This document shows positions 28,680 through 41,823 of a stretch of 64,000 nt of DNA, in pieces (position 1 is the first letter of the stretch; each line of letters opens with the position of its first letter). A model generated the notes under the pieces. It was not told the DNA's origin. It made no database searches and worked only from the letters and a program-made list of their open reading frames with translations. The position numbers and the translations under genes are program-made. Source of the DNA: Octopus vulgaris (Eukaryota); contig OX597815.1 in assembly GCA_951406725.2 (NCBI GenBank), positions 5,518,001-5,582,000 on the forward strand, in the 5' to 3' direction.

Positions 28680-28960
28680 GTCGTCGTCGTCATCGTCGGT
28701 GACGGCGTCAACTGGTACCCGAGGAGCAGATCTGTCTCCAGTGGTCGAGCTTCCTCATCTTGATGGGGTGCGAAGGGTGCCGGTGCCTGAATCCAACCCC
28801 GCAAAGACGAGTTGACGGGGAAGGCGCGTTTGTGGTGTACGTATGACGTGCTCCGACCAGCGGAGGCGGTGTCGTGTCATTGTAGCTTCAATGCTGAGCA
28901 GCCCAACCTGGAGCAGAACCTCTTCATTGGAAGTGCGTGTGTCCTTCTGTCGAATACACA
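28680..28960 (-). mobile_element. RTE LINE fragment
   Basis: [13 protein letters not shown].....RLRW..HV.R....RLPRQLVF..L. Confidence 0.75.
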
Positions 28961-29124
28961 TAGTTGTGCCAAGTTTGTGCTTTTGGAGATGTTCGGTTTT
29001 TTTTTTTTTTTTTTTTCATGTCTCCTCGATACAACACCCACGTCACACAGCCATGACCTCGCCATCAGAACGAAAATCGCGGGATTCCGAGCCTCAACAC
29101 ACTCTCTCTCTCTCTCTCTCTCTT

Positions 29125-29235
<111 letters not shown>

Positions 29236-29246
29236 ATGTATGTATG

Positions 29247-29297
<51 letters not shown>

Positions 29298-29321
29298 CTA
29301 TGTATGTATTTGTATGTGTGA

Positions 29322-29355
<34 letters not shown>

Positions 29356-29377
29356 GTGTATATATACATATATATTC

Positions 29378-29411
<34 letters not shown>

Positions 29412-29488
29412 GTATCTCTGTGTGTGTGCGTGTGTTTATGTGTCTGTGCATATATGCGTATGTATACATGTATGTATATGTGTATATA

Positions 29489-29522
<34 letters not shown>

Positions 29523-30091
29523 CTGTGTGTATTATGTCAGGTCTCCCTTGAGCGCTCTGGTAACACGTAACTCGGTACGACCTGTCACATGGTCGTCGGC
29601 GACTAAACTGGCGACCCCATCAAGCTTCCTGGGCGAAGAGGATGACTGTTGGACACCCTGCGGGACGAAAAATAAGACCTGTCAAAGGGCGGAAGGGCTC
29701 GTGTATAATCAGCGACCATCCAACATTATGTGTATATGTGTGTGTGTGTGTATATTTATATATTTTTTTACATATATTTTATATTGTTTATCTTTTGGAT
29801 TTTATATATCTTTTATATATGTATATATTTATATCTTTTTTATTTTATTTTATTTTTATTTTTAAATGTGAATTTATTAATTTATCTTCCTCTTTTACTC
29901 TTTTACTTGTTTCAGTCATTTTGACTGCGGCCATGCTGGAGCACCGCCTTTTAGTCGAGCAAATCACCCCAGGACTTATTCTTTGTAAGCCCAGTACTTA
30001 TCCTATCGGTCTCTTTTGCTTAACCGCTAAGTAACGGGGACATAAACACACCAGCATCGGTTGTCAAGCAATGCTAGGGGGACAAACACAG

Positions 30092-30126
<35 letters not shown>

Positions 30127-30682
30127 CTTATATACGACGGGCTTCTTTCAGTTTCCGTCTATCAATACCACTCACAAGGCTTTGGTCGGCCCGAGGCTAT
30201 AGTAGAAGACACTTGCCCAAGGTGCCACGCAGTGGGGCTGAACCTAGAACAATGTGGTTGGTAAGCAAGCTACTTACCACACAGCCTCTCCTAAATTTTT
30301 TTTAAATTGTAAAAATGTCAAATTATATATAAATGTGGAGGCACAATGGCCCAGTGGAGAGCAGCGGACTCGGGGTCGGAGGATCGCGGTTTCGATTCCC
30401 AGACCGGGCGTTGTGTGTGTTTATCGAGCGAAAACACCTAAAAGCTCCACGATGCTCCGGCAGGGGCTGGTGGCGACCCCTGCTGTACTCTTTCGCCCCA
30501 AATTTCTCTCACTCTCTCTTCCTGTTTCTTGAGTAACGCTGCGATGGACTGGCGTCCCGTCCAGCTGGGGGGAACACATACGCCACAGAAACCGGGAAAC
30601 CGGGCCCATGGGCTTGGCTAGGCTTGAAAGGGGCGACGTTTATCATTTTATATATTTAAATGTGTACATATGTATATATTTT

Positions 30683-32825
30683 AGGGGTGGGGCACAGATG
30701 AGGCTCATTAGCGTGGTCGAAGGCAACTCTTCCAGGAGAGGGACACTCAGTCATAAACCCAGGTATCATAGTTATGACAGTCCCTTAAATGGCTGCACTG
30801 TCAAAGCCACGACTGTTGATGGGGCAAGAACGGCCTCCTGTTTTGAAACCAAGCTGTGATTAGGACAACCAGAACAGGAGAATAAAGCTCTGAATTCAAA
30901 TTGATTTACCACTGCTGGCTTGCAGTATCCTTTTGAGGAAAAGCCTAGGAGAAGGTACTCCGATATAAAACCTGCAGTCAACTTAGTATTAGTCATGTTG
31001 CTTTGCTTGTCACTGGAATCTACCGTTTTGACCCAGAGAGTAGCAAAAGTGTTGTACGAGCGTTTGTCACTGAAATCCAATGAAGTACAGATGTCCCCGA
31101 CGAAACACCATCATCGTACAATCATCACTTTTCCAAAGTTCTATGGCGACGTATGCAGACTTGACCGGTTGGAAGCATACAGTTACAAATCTGCGCATAA
31201 GGCGGCAGGGTTCTTGTCTTAACATCGCTAACATGTTTGCATGGACAGGAACGGTTTCCCGTGGAAAATCCTGTATCTGAGCAGCCCTTTTAAGGAGAAC
31301 ACTGCTCACCTGGATATGCTGGGAAGGTGCTAGAAAAGGTGCACTAAAAATTATCTGTCGTCTCTCTTCTGGTTAGCGTACTGCGGCGAACGGTGGTTCG
31401 ATTCAGCAAGAATGAACAAAGAATTGATAGAAACAATGATAACAAGTGTGCAAGGAATAAGGTTTCTCTTAACCTCGCCTGCTGGAGTGTGAGGACCCTT
31501 TTAGATCGAGCAGAGAGGCCTGAAAGAAGAATAGTTCTGGTAAGTAAGGAGCTAAGGTGTCTTGATGTTGATATTGTAGCTCTTTTTGAAACTAGATGTT
31601 CAGATGAAGGTCTTCTTGTCGAAAGAGAGGCAGATTTCATACAATTCTGGGTTGGGAAGCCGAAGGGTGAAAAGATGGAAGGTGGTGTTGGGTTTGCAAA
31701 TAGAAGTGATTTGCTAAAAGACCTAAGACAAAGCATAAGACAAAGCATATATATCTAAGACAAAGCATAAAGACCTAAGACAAAGCATAAAAAAGACCTA
31801 AGACAAAGCATAAATATCTAAGACAAAGCACAAATATCTAAGACAAAGCATAAAAAAGACCTAAGACAAAGCATAAATATCTAAGACAAAGCATAAATAT
31901 CTAAGACAAAGCATAAAAAAGACCTAAGACAAAGCACAAATATCTAAGACAAAGCATAAATATCTAAGACAAAGCACAAATATCTAAGACAAAGCATAAA
32001 AAAGACCTAAGACAAAGCACAAATATCTAAGACAAAGCATAAAAAAGACCTAAGACAAAGCATAAATATCTAAGACAAAGCATAAATATCTAAGACAAAG
32101 CATAAATATCTAAGACAAAGCATAAATATCTAAGACAAAGCATAAAAAAGACCTAAGACAAAGCATAAATATCTAAGACAAAGCATAAATATCTAAGACA
32201 AAGCATAAAGACCTAAGACAAAGCATAAAGACCTAAGACAAAGCATAAAGACCTAAGACAAAGCATAAAGACCTAAGACAAAGCATAAATATCTAAGACA
32301 AAGCATAAATATCTAAGACAAAGCATAAATACACGCATAATGAAACCCCGGATGCCTCTTTCTTGTGGACGTTTTGCAACTGTTTTCTCTATTTATGCTC
32401 CTACATTTTCAGCTAGTGAGGAAAATATTTATGCGTTTTATGAGGAGCTTAGAAGAAGTATTCTGTCAGTCCCTTTGAATGAGAAATCGGTTGCGCTTGG
32501 TGACTTTAATGCACATGATGGTAGGGACTATGGCGATTGGAATGTGCTTGGGCGTTACGGAATCGGAAAGGGGCGAGCTGGCAGAAACGTTAGCACGCCG
32601 AGCGAAATGCTTAGCGGTATTTCGTCCGCTGCTACGTTCTGAGTTCAAATTCCGCCGAGGTTGACTTTGCCTTTCATCCTTTCGGGATCGATTAAATAAG
32701 TACCAGTCACGCACTGGGGTCGATGTAATCGACTTAATACCTATGTATGTCCTTGTTTGTCCCCTCTGTGTTTAGCCCCTTGTGGGTAATAAAGAAATAG
32801 GTATCGGAAAGGGGAACAACACTGA
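30683..32825 (+). mobile_element. RTE LINE 5' half (5'UTR and APE endonuclease), disrupted by a minisatellite and a SINE
   Basis: LACWSVRTL..., DIVAL.ETR, GVGF, S.YAPT, LGDFNA motifs across 31460-31735 and 32335-32570. Confidence 0.85.
31718..32331 (+). repeat. minisatellite of roughly 30 units of 19-22 bp (ctaagacaaagcataaa-tat / -aaagac)
   Basis: visible tandem array. Confidence 0.95.
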
Positions 32826-32829
32826 AGGG

Positions 32830-33205
32830 AAGAATGTGTAGCAGGTCAAGTGCAGTCTCTTCACCAAAGTGCATTAATTCGAATTTATCCTCGTTTAGCT
32901 GCACAATATGTTTCTTTTATTTTTCCCGCCCATTGGATAACAGGGAGTGCATCCGATTAGAGATCAATCCGGTTTCCTGTCCAGTCAATGACCTTCAGAA
33001 GCTTCGAATCATCCTCGGAAATTCTTATCCTGCTGTGTTTGATAACGTCAACAATGCCATTGCTGTAAACAGCGAAAAGGAGCGGACCCAAGACAGGGCC
33101 TTGTGCGATGCGTCCGCATGGAGCAGGGGAGGGGGTCTTCCCAATGTAAACAACGTTGTGTTCAGTGTTCTAGCAAAACATCCACTTTTAGACGGAGATA
33201 AAGAT
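32830..33205 (-). mobile_element. CR1/jockey-group reverse-transcriptase fragment
   Basis: manual translation QGPVLGPLLFAVY...EDDSKL...QLNEDKFELMHFG. Confidence 0.7.
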
Positions 33206-33711
33206 TAGCCCTTGGCATTAATACTGCTATTAAATCTATGTAACGTTTTAACACCATGTAAACACACACACACACACACACATATATGCATATATAATAC
33301 ACACGCATCAATATAACCATACACACACACACACACACACACACATACCTAATTTAGATGATGATAGGAGAAAATTGAAATTCTCAACTGTATTAAGATG
33401 CCTATTGACCAGCAAGAGTACATTATTGTAAACAAGTGAGCCGCGGTGGACGTTGGCAACATGGAAAGTGTTTTTCCGTTAAAAGGTCTGGCAGTTTTAG
33501 CCTTCGGCTACAGACAAATAATAGAATGCGCGTAATTACAGGTGAACTCTGGTTAATTTGTCGTTAGTAAATCAGAGAAGAAGAAGAGGAGGATGGGGGG
33601 GCAGAAGGAGAGGAGGGGAGGAGGGGAGGAGAGGAGGGGAGGAGAACTGACAGTAGAAATGAGATGATTGTCTGACATCATTTAACTTATACATACATAT
33701 AATATATATGA

Positions 33712-33754
<43 letters not shown>

Positions 33755-33759
33755 TGTGT

Positions 33760-34060
33760 GGAGGCGCAATGGCCCAGTGGTTAGGGTAGCGGATTCGCGG
33801 TCGCAGGATCGCAGTTTCGATTCCCAGATCGGGCGTTGTGAGTGTTTATTGAGCGAAAACACCTAAAAAAGCTCCACGAGGCTCCGGCAGAGGGTGGGTA
33901 GCGATCCCTACTGTACTCTTTCGCCACAACTTTCTCTCACTCTTACTTCTGTTGGCCTGCTCGCTTAGCCAGCGGGGTGGCGTCATTCGAAGGCTAAAAC
34001 AATGCGAACGCATTGTGACCAGCGATGTGTAACAACACCTGATGGTCTGGTCGATCACGT
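33760..34060 (+). mobile_element. tRNA-derived SINE family C (copies 24000-24090 -, 30337-30630 +, 40571-40940 +; related 47892-48212 +)
   Basis: ggaggcgcaatggcccagtggttagg (A box) ... gtttcgattccc (B box). Confidence 0.8.
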
Positions 34061-34309
34061 GATATATATATATATGTATGTATATATGTATATATTTGGG
34101 TGTGTGTCTCTCTTTCTCTCTCTCTCTCATATCTCTATATATATATATATATGTATAGACGCAGGAGTGACTGTGTGGTAAGTAGCTTGCTTACCAATTA
34201 CATGGTTCCGGGTTCAGTCCCACTGCGTGGGACCTTGGGCAAGTGTCTTTTACTATAGCCTCGGGCCGACCAAAGCCATTTGGTAGATGAAAACTGAAAG
34301 AAGCCCGTC

Positions 34310-34349
<40 letters not shown>

Positions 34350-34852
34350 CTATGTTTGTCCCCGCAACATCGCTTGACAACCGATGTTAGTGTATTTCCG
34401 TTCCCGTAACTTAGCGAGACCAACAGAATAAGTACTAGGCTTACAAAAATAAGTCCCAGGGTCGATTTACTCGACTAAAGGCGATGCTCCAGCATGGCCG
34501 CAGTCAAATGACTGAAACAAGTAAAAGAATAAAGGACTATATTATTATTATTACTATTATTATCATTATTATTATTGTCAGAATTGTTAGCAGCCGGGTA
34601 AAAATACTTAGCAGTATTTCGTCCGTGTTCCGTTCCGAGTTCAAATTCCACCGAGGTTCAACTTTGCCGTTCATTCTTTCGGGGTCGATTACCAGTTGAG
34701 TACTGGGGTCGATGTAATCGACTTGTTCCCTCCCTCAAAATTTCAGGCCTTGTTCCCATAGCAGAAAGGTATTAAACAATGATGGTAAACGGTGTGTTGA
34801 CGGGGAATGGTGAAAGGCGAAGAGAGAAAGATAGAGATTGAGAGAGAGAGAG

Positions 34853-34926
<74 letters not shown>

Positions 34927-35257
34927 CGGGAGAGAGTGTGAAAGAGAAAGAAGATGACGACGACAACGACGACAAATTTGATGACTGATGCGTTGTGGAG
35001 TTGATACATGGCTTAACGGAACAATAACGGGCGGGCAGATGAGTAAGCGGGTGGCAGATTAGATTGATGGGTAGATGTATGGTTACCCGGATAGATTCCT
35101 ACTTTCGAGGGCTTTAAATTTTGATAAACAATTTTCGGTCTCGTGAAAGCGTGAGTGATCAATAAGATCAATACGATCGGGATCAGTAAAGACCTCGTGG
35201 ATCGTCAGTCTACCCCCCGAAGGCGTAACCGTTCAATATTAAAATTGATTAAAGCCG

Positions 35258-36033
35258 GGAGCTGGCAGAAACGTTAGCACGCCGGACGAAATGCTCAGCG
35301 GTATTTCGTCTTCGGTTACGTTCTGAGTTCAAATTCTGCCGAGGTTGACTTAGCCTTTCCCCTTTTCGGGGTCGATTAAATAGGTACCAGTTACACACTG
35401 GGGTCGATATAATCGATTAATCCGTTTGTCTGTCCTTGTTTGTCCTCTCTGTGTTTGGCCCCTTGTGGGTAGTAAAGAAACAGGTATTTCGTCTGCCGCT
35501 ACGTTCTGAGTTCAAATTCCGCCAAGGTCGACTTTGCCTTTCATCCTTTCGCGGTCGATTAAATAAGTACCAGTTACACACTGGGGTCGATATAATCGAT
35601 TAATCCGTTTGTCTGTCCTTGTTTGTCCTCTCTGTGTTTGGCCCCTTGTGGGTAGTAAAGAAATAGGTATTTCGCCCTTCGGTTACGTTCTGAGTTCAAA
35701 TTCCGCCGAGGTCGACTTTTCCTTTCATCCTTTCAGGGTCGATTAAGTACCAGTTACGCACTGGGGTCGATGTAATCGACTTAATACCTTTGTCTGTCCT
35801 TGTTTGTCCCCTCTGTGTTTAGCCCCTTGTGGGTAATAAAGAAATAGGTATTTCGTCTTCGGTTACGTTCTGAGTTCAAATTCCGTCGAGGTCGACTTTA
35901 CCTTTCATCCTTTCGGGGTCGATAAATTAAGTACCAGTTACGCACTGGAGGTCGATGTAATCGACTTAATCCGTTTGTCTGTCCTTGTTTGTCCCTTCTA
36001 TGTTTAGCCCCCAATGTGGGCAATAAGCAAATA
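35258..36033 (+). mobile_element. SINE family A tetramer (one tRNA head plus four ~183-bp bodies)
   Basis: bodies restart at ggtatttcg near 35300, 35482, 35667 and 35847; B box gagttcaaatt; central gcctttcatcctttcggggtcgataaa resembles the MetaSINE domain. Confidence 0.9.
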
Positions 36034-36609
36034 AATATAAATCTACAATGTAGTGAGGGCGTGATAGGTGAACCACGATTTGGCGAGGGTTTACTGTATC
36101 GTTAAAAGTACCAGCTTCCTCACACACACACAAACTACATCCCACAATGCAGAATCATTGAAAATAAAACTAGATTTATTTAATGTTGTTATTCATTTAT
36201 GAAAATAATTCAAAAATACTGTTCAACCCGAGAAGCTGGCGGCCATTCAGAAATTTTACATTTAATAAGTTGCTCGAAAATTACTAAAATTAAATTATTA
36301 TAGAACCAGAATGCGGGCAGGAATCTTAATCTACATATATGAGAAGAAGTTGAAGATTATTGATTGCAAAAAGTGCAGAATATCTAAAAAAAAGTGCAGA
36401 ATATCTCAAAAGGTATAATTTAATTGCTGGGTAACAGAGTATATAAGTGTAATAGCCATCTCAATATGGCTAACCACAAAGGGTGGGTGTTACTGTAGCT
36501 TTTAGCCCCAGGAGATCATCGTCTCCAGCTGGCTTTAGGCACACTATCTGTGCCCTTATGGTATTTACAAAGAGAGGTCATCCCTTTCTCGTAAGCCTAA
36601 GTGATACTC

Positions 36610-36650
36610 ACGGACCACAGTTTCGAGGTAGTTGCCTCTTGTCAAAGGGC
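36610..36650 (-). ncRNA. degenerate hammerhead within a pLTR-like repeat (36447-36680)
   Basis: TTGACAA-GAGG-caacta-CCTC-GAA-ACTGTGGT-C; flanks are homologous to the 37990-38341 unit (tttagccccaggaga.catcgtctccagctggc). Confidence 0.4.
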
Positions 36651-37989
36651 GAGTATATAAGTAGAAATTGATGTGTGACCTTCTTGAAAATGGAAAAAAC
36701 TGAAAAGTCTAACTGGACTTTCAAGTCGTTTTCTCCCATCACTTCAACCTTTTTCTCTTCCTAAGTCTTTGGAAGTATGCTAGTGTCCCATTCTGAAGAA
36801 GAAAAAATTGAAAACGAATCCTCTGGTCTCACCAAACTATCGTTCTATCTTACATTTGACATCTTTAAAGATAGCAACAGTCGTTAAGGGCTCTCTTCTC
36901 CAACACTTTGATTTCCTCGCCTTCGATGACCATCCGTAAGGCTTTAAAAATATAATTTTAAAAAACTAGAATTCCATCGGTTGCAACGATGAGGGTTCCA
37001 CTTGATCTGATCACCAGAACAATCAGCTTGTGAGATTAACGTATAAGTGGGTGAGTACTCCACAGACAGGCATACCCTTAACATAAGTTCTCAGAGAGAT
37101 TCAGAGAGACTCAGACATGAGTAGCATCAGTGTAGTTCTCAGGTAGATTTAGCAAGACACAGAGTGTGACAAGGCTGGCCCTTTGAATTACAGGTACCAC
37201 TCATTAAGGCGGCGAACAGGTAGAAACGTTAGCACGCTGGGAAAAATGCTAAGCGGTATTTCGTCTGCCGTTACGTTCTGAGTTCAAATTCCGCCGAGGT
37301 CGACTTTGCCTTTCATCCTTTCGGGGACGATTAAATAAGTACCAGTTACGCACTGGGGTCGATATAATCGACTTAATCCATTTGTCTGTCCTTGTTTGAC
37401 CTCTCTGTGTTTGTCCCCTTGTGGGTAGTAAAGAAACAGGTATTTCGTCTGTCTTTACGTTCTGAGTTCAAATTCCGCCGAGGTCGATTTTGCCTTTCAT
37501 ACTTTCGGGGTCGATAAATTAAGTACCAGTTACGTACTGGGGTCGATCTTATCGACTGGCCCCCTCACCCAAAATTTCGGGCTTTGTGCCTAGAGTAGAA
37601 AACAATACAGGTACAACTCATGTTTGCCAGCTAAGTGGAGTGGAGGCAAGTGAAATAAAGAATCTTACTGAAGGACACAACGCATTGCCGGAAATCGAAC
37701 TCATGGCCTTCCGATTGGATACCCAAACCACTTAGACATGCACCTAAAGAGCTGGATCCACGTCCTTGAGAAATCTGAAAACAGTTCATTGCACCTGAGA
37801 TCAGTAAAACGTTTGCGAGTCTCCTGGCAAAACACTCCCCCTGCAAGAATCCCTTATCTCTAAGATTGCAGACTCTTCCAGTCAAATTATGCCATTGTGG
37901 TATATGGTGATGGAGAGCTCTCTCTCTCTCCCTCTCCCTCTCTCAACTCTGGTGTGCTGACATCATCCCAGCTTAGAAAATTACTATTT

Positions 37990-38620
37990 TTAAATCTCAC
38001 AACGTGAGATATTCAGCAACAGTACTTTGGAGTAAAGATTGTTTGCCAACATAACATGGCAATCCTGGTTTAGGACGAATGTTACTGTAATTTAGCCCCA
38101 GGAGACATCGTCTCTAGCTGGCTACACGACATGATCTATGTCCTTATATTTTCAAACAAGGGAATCTAGCACCCCCACTCAGCTCAAAACAATATCTGTG
38201 TATCGCGATTTCCGGGTTATTTCCCTTCGTCAGCACGGAATAATTGTTCGGCTAGAGGTGGCGCTGCCAAATTCCCATTCGAAATATAATAATTTTCTAA
38301 TTTATAGATCAGTGACTAGTTGTCACTTTGAAAACTGTTTGTAAATCTCACAACGAGAGATATTCAGCAACAGTACTTTGGAGTAAAGATTGTTTGCCAA
38401 CATAACACGTCAGTCCTGGTTTAGGACGAATGTTGCTATAATTTAGCCCCAGGAGACATCGTCTCCAGCTGGCTATACGACATGATCTGTGCCCTTGTTC
38501 AAAAATAGAAGGCCACAGATCGTGTCGTATAGCCAGCCGGAGACGATGTCTCCTGGGGCTGAACTACAGCAACATTCGTCCTAACCCAGGACTGCCATGT
38601 TATGTTGGCAAACAATTTTT
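37990..38620 (-). mobile_element. Penelope-pLTR/retrozyme-like unit: 352-bp monomer, then a partial direct repeat, then an inverted repeat
   Basis: 37990-38150 recurs at 38342-38497; 38388-38497 is inverted at 38510-38618; a hammerhead lies between the direct repeats. Confidence 0.65.
38198..38236 (-). ncRNA. minimal type I hammerhead (Penelope/retrozyme type)
   Basis: GTG-CTGACGA-a-GGG-aaataa-CCC-g-GAA-ATCGCGAT-A^-CAC. Confidence 0.65.
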
Positions 38621-38690
38621 ACATCGTCTCAACTGTTAAAAAAAAGTTCACAAAACAAACGAAGATATTTAAAAAAATTTTTTTCACTCT

Positions 38691-38696
38691 TTTATT
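38691..38696 (-). terminator. candidate polyadenylation signal AATAAA of the SPFH-like gene
   Basis: plus-strand TTTATT ~180 nt past the stop codon. Confidence 0.35.
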
Positions 38697-38877
38697 CTTG
38701 ATGTTAATTCTACAAATGTTTGGCATTAGGGTCATCCCTGGCTTTTACTCTCCAGAATCAGTGTTACACTTTGCATTAATATTCTTCATGAAAATACATT
38801 AAATTATAAACAAATAACAAAAAAAAAAAATAATAATAAACATCGATTGGCAGTGATAAGCTTAACTTTAAAAAATC

Positions 38878-39147
38878 TTAAACCCTGGGGAATGAACCAG
38901 AAATCTTTTGATTATAACCAATTGTTAAGCGCAAATCATTAACTTTTTGTAAAGAGCGAAGATAATCAAACTTATTTCGTTGTCTCATATCGGTCAGATT
39001 GAGAGTTGAATAAAGGTTTTTCAATCCTGTAATTCGAGCAGTCTCCACAGTAAAACTGGCGTTAGCATCCATCGTTTGTGTTATGAGTTTTGAGTCAGAT
39101 TTGGCCGATTCTAAAATCTCAGCAGCACGGTTCTCGAAGTTCTTAAC
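38878..39147 (-). CDS. SPFH/band-7-like protein, last coding exon (VKNFENRAAEILESAKS...GSFPRV*)
   Basis: cccaacag acceptor, 270 nt to TAA, phase 0; Ala/Glu-rich coiled-coil character as in prohibitin/HflC-type tails. Confidence 0.85.
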   Translation of the reverse strand, partial: VKNFENRAAEILESAKSDSKLITQTMDANASFTVETARITGLKNLYSTLNLTDMRQRNKFDYLRSLQKVNDLRLTIGYNQKISGSFPRV

Positions 39148-39207
39148 CTGTTGGGAATATAGAAAAATTGTTCGGTTCATTTGAACATAATAAAATTATA
39201 TTTTAAA

Positions 39208-39607
39208 CTAGCAGTATCGCCCGGCGTTGCTCGGGTTTGTAAGGGAAATAACTATATAAGCATTTTTAGAGAGTTATAGTCAAAAGATAGCAAAAAATGC
39301 ATTAAAAATGGAAAAAAAATTATGGTAATTTTTTTTAAAAAATCGTTGACTCATCGTAGACATTTTTAGAGAGTTACTTCCCTTATATAATAGCGAAAAA
39401 ATGCATTAAAATGGGAAAAAATGATGGTAATTTTTTTTAAATCGTAGACTCATCGTAGACGCACGCTAATACCCAGGAGGGCTCGATATGAATCACGACT
39501 ATAAGATACCCGCTTTTGGTTAAACTGCACCACAAGATGTGGGAGTAGTTAGGAATCTAAATCGTAGGAGACAGACACTCACACAACTACAGTTTTATAT
39601 ATAAAGA
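39208..39607 (-). mobile_element. non-autonomous Helitron, same family, in the last intron of the SPFH-like gene
   Basis: same termini; high identity to 24155-24555. Confidence 0.8.
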
Positions 39608-41560
39608 TAATCATCATCATCATCGTCGACGTCGTTTAACATCCGTTTTCCATGCTGGCATGGGTTGGACGGTTTGACTGAGGTCTGGAAAGCCAGGAGG
39701 CTGCACCAGGCTCCAATCAGATCTGGCAATGTTTTCCTAATGCCAACCACTCCGAGAGTGTAGTGGATGCTTTTTACGTGCCATCAGGCATGAGGGCCAG
39801 TCAGGCGGGCCTGGAATCAATCACGTTTGGAAAGTGCTTTTTACGTGGCACCGGGATGAGTGCCAGTCAGGTGGGCCTGGCATCGACCACATTCAGATGG
39901 TGCTTTTTACGTGCCACCAGTACAGAAGCCAGTGAGAAGGCACTGGCCACAGCTACGATATTGGTTTTACTTGACTCAACAGGTCTTCTCAAGCGTATCA
40001 TATCGCCTGACGCATCAAGGGTACTCTTAACTGGGCCGGGCATGCATGGCTGCGATCTCACTTTAGTTGCCGGGTCAGTATCTTAGAGTAGAATGGGTTA
40101 GAAAGGGCTCCTTAGCCGTAGTGAAGGCAATCTGTCTAGGGAGATAACCTTACAATAAATCACTCGGTCCGTAGCTTAGAAATACTGGGTTGACGTCCAG
40201 GGGGAACAGCTTTGTTTCATGGAGGAAAGATCTTCTTTAGTACTTGGTTGTAGAATGCTTTCCAATGTGTGTAGTAGTGGCGCGCGCACACATTGTTAGC
40301 CATTTGAAAACACTATGAAAGTCTCGACCATGGTCGAACAATGATGATGATGATGATGATCTTAGAGTATCCTCTCGTCTTGTATTTCCACCATTTTCTT
40401 TCCAGTTTGAAAGCTCACATTCCACCCAAGTGGCCTAGAGGTCAATCCCTTTGCATGGCACCCAGAGCAAGAGACTTTTACCATGACCCCAAGCTAACCA
40501 AAGCCTTGTGAGAAAATTTGGCAGACAGAAACTGAAAGAGATCTGTTGTATGTGTGTAAACATTCTTACGTGGAGGCGCAATGGCCCAGTGGTTAGGGCA
40601 GCAGACTCGTGGTTGTGAGATCGTGGTTTCGATTCCCAGCCTGGGCATTGGTGAGTGTTTATAGAACGAAAACACCTAAAGCTCCACGAGGTTCTGACAG
40701 GGGCTGGTGGTGAACCCTACTGTATTCTTTCACCACAACTTTCTCTCACTCTTTCTTCCTGTTTCTGTTGTACCTGTATTTCAAAGAGGCCAGCCTTGTC
40801 ACACTCTGTGTCATGCTGAATCTCCCCCCGGGAACTACGTTAAGGGCACACGTGTCTGTGGAGTGCTCAGCCACTGGCATGTTAGTTTCACGAGCAGGTT
40901 GTTCCGTTGATCGGATCAACTGGAACCCTCGTCATAACGAGCCTTGCCAGCTCCTGTCAGACTATCCAACCCATGCCAGCATGGAAAGTGGACATTTAAT
41001 GATGATGATGACGATGACAATGATGATGGTGGTGATGATGATGATAGTGGCGGTGGTGATAATGATGGTGGTGGTGGTGGTGATGATGGTGGTGATGGTG
41101 GTGGTGGTGGTGATGATGGTGGTGGTGATGGTGGTGGTGGTGATGATGGTGGTGGTGGTGACGATGGTGGTGGTGATGACGATGGTGGTGGTGATGGTGA
41201 CGATGGTGGTAGTGGTGGTGATGGTGGTGATGGTTGTGGTGGTGATGATGGTGGTGGTGATGACGATGATGATGGTGGTGGTGGTGATGACGATGGTGGT
41301 GGTGGTGGTGATGACGATGGTGGTGGTGGTGATGACGATGGTGGTGGTGGTGATGATGATGATGGTGGTGGTGATGACGATGATGGTTGTGGTGGTGATG
41401 ACGATGACGATGATGATGGTGGTGGTGATGATGGTGGTGATGACGATGGTGGTGGTGGTGGTGATGACGATGGTGGTGGTGACGATGGTGGTGGTGACGA
41501 TGGTGGTGGTGACGATGGTGGTGGTGACGATGGTGGTGGTGACGATGGTGGTGGTGGTGG

Positions 41561-41591
<31 letters not shown>

Positions 41592-41651
41592 GATGATGAT
41601 CAGGATGGTGGCGTTGATCTGAAAGTCTGAGAACCAATATTTGGTTTTTAC

Positions 41652-41823
41652 CTTCTGTTCTGTTTCCTTCCGGACTAATTGCGCAGCCTGGAAATATTTC
41701 TGTCTTTCAGCACTGGCCCTTAAAACCAGCGTATTCAAGAAACTCTGATCGAGGTCATCAGGGATATCCACGGGTCCCAGTTGGAAGTAACGCACATCAA
41801 CATCGATCCCATAATCCGCGTTA
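41652..41823 (-). CDS. SPFH/band-7-like protein, coding exon 5 (NADYGIDVDVRYFQLGPVDIP...RKETEQK); 5' boundary uncertain
   Basis: G-I-D-V...FQL..V.IP is the SPFH C-terminal strand, followed by coiled coil; AAG|GTAAAA donor. The 5' end runs directly into a SINE (see findings). Confidence 0.8.

Noticed and set aside
29538-29650. HDV-like ribozyme at a putative RTE 5' end
   Set aside because: I could not assemble the nested double pseudoknot by eye.
31718-32331. CRISPR-like appearance of short direct repeats
   Set aside because: No unique spacers, eukaryotic context and no cas genes; it is a minisatellite.
33760-33835. tRNA-like sequences at SINE heads
   Set aside because: They continue into SINE bodies and have no complete cloverleaf; they are not tRNA genes.
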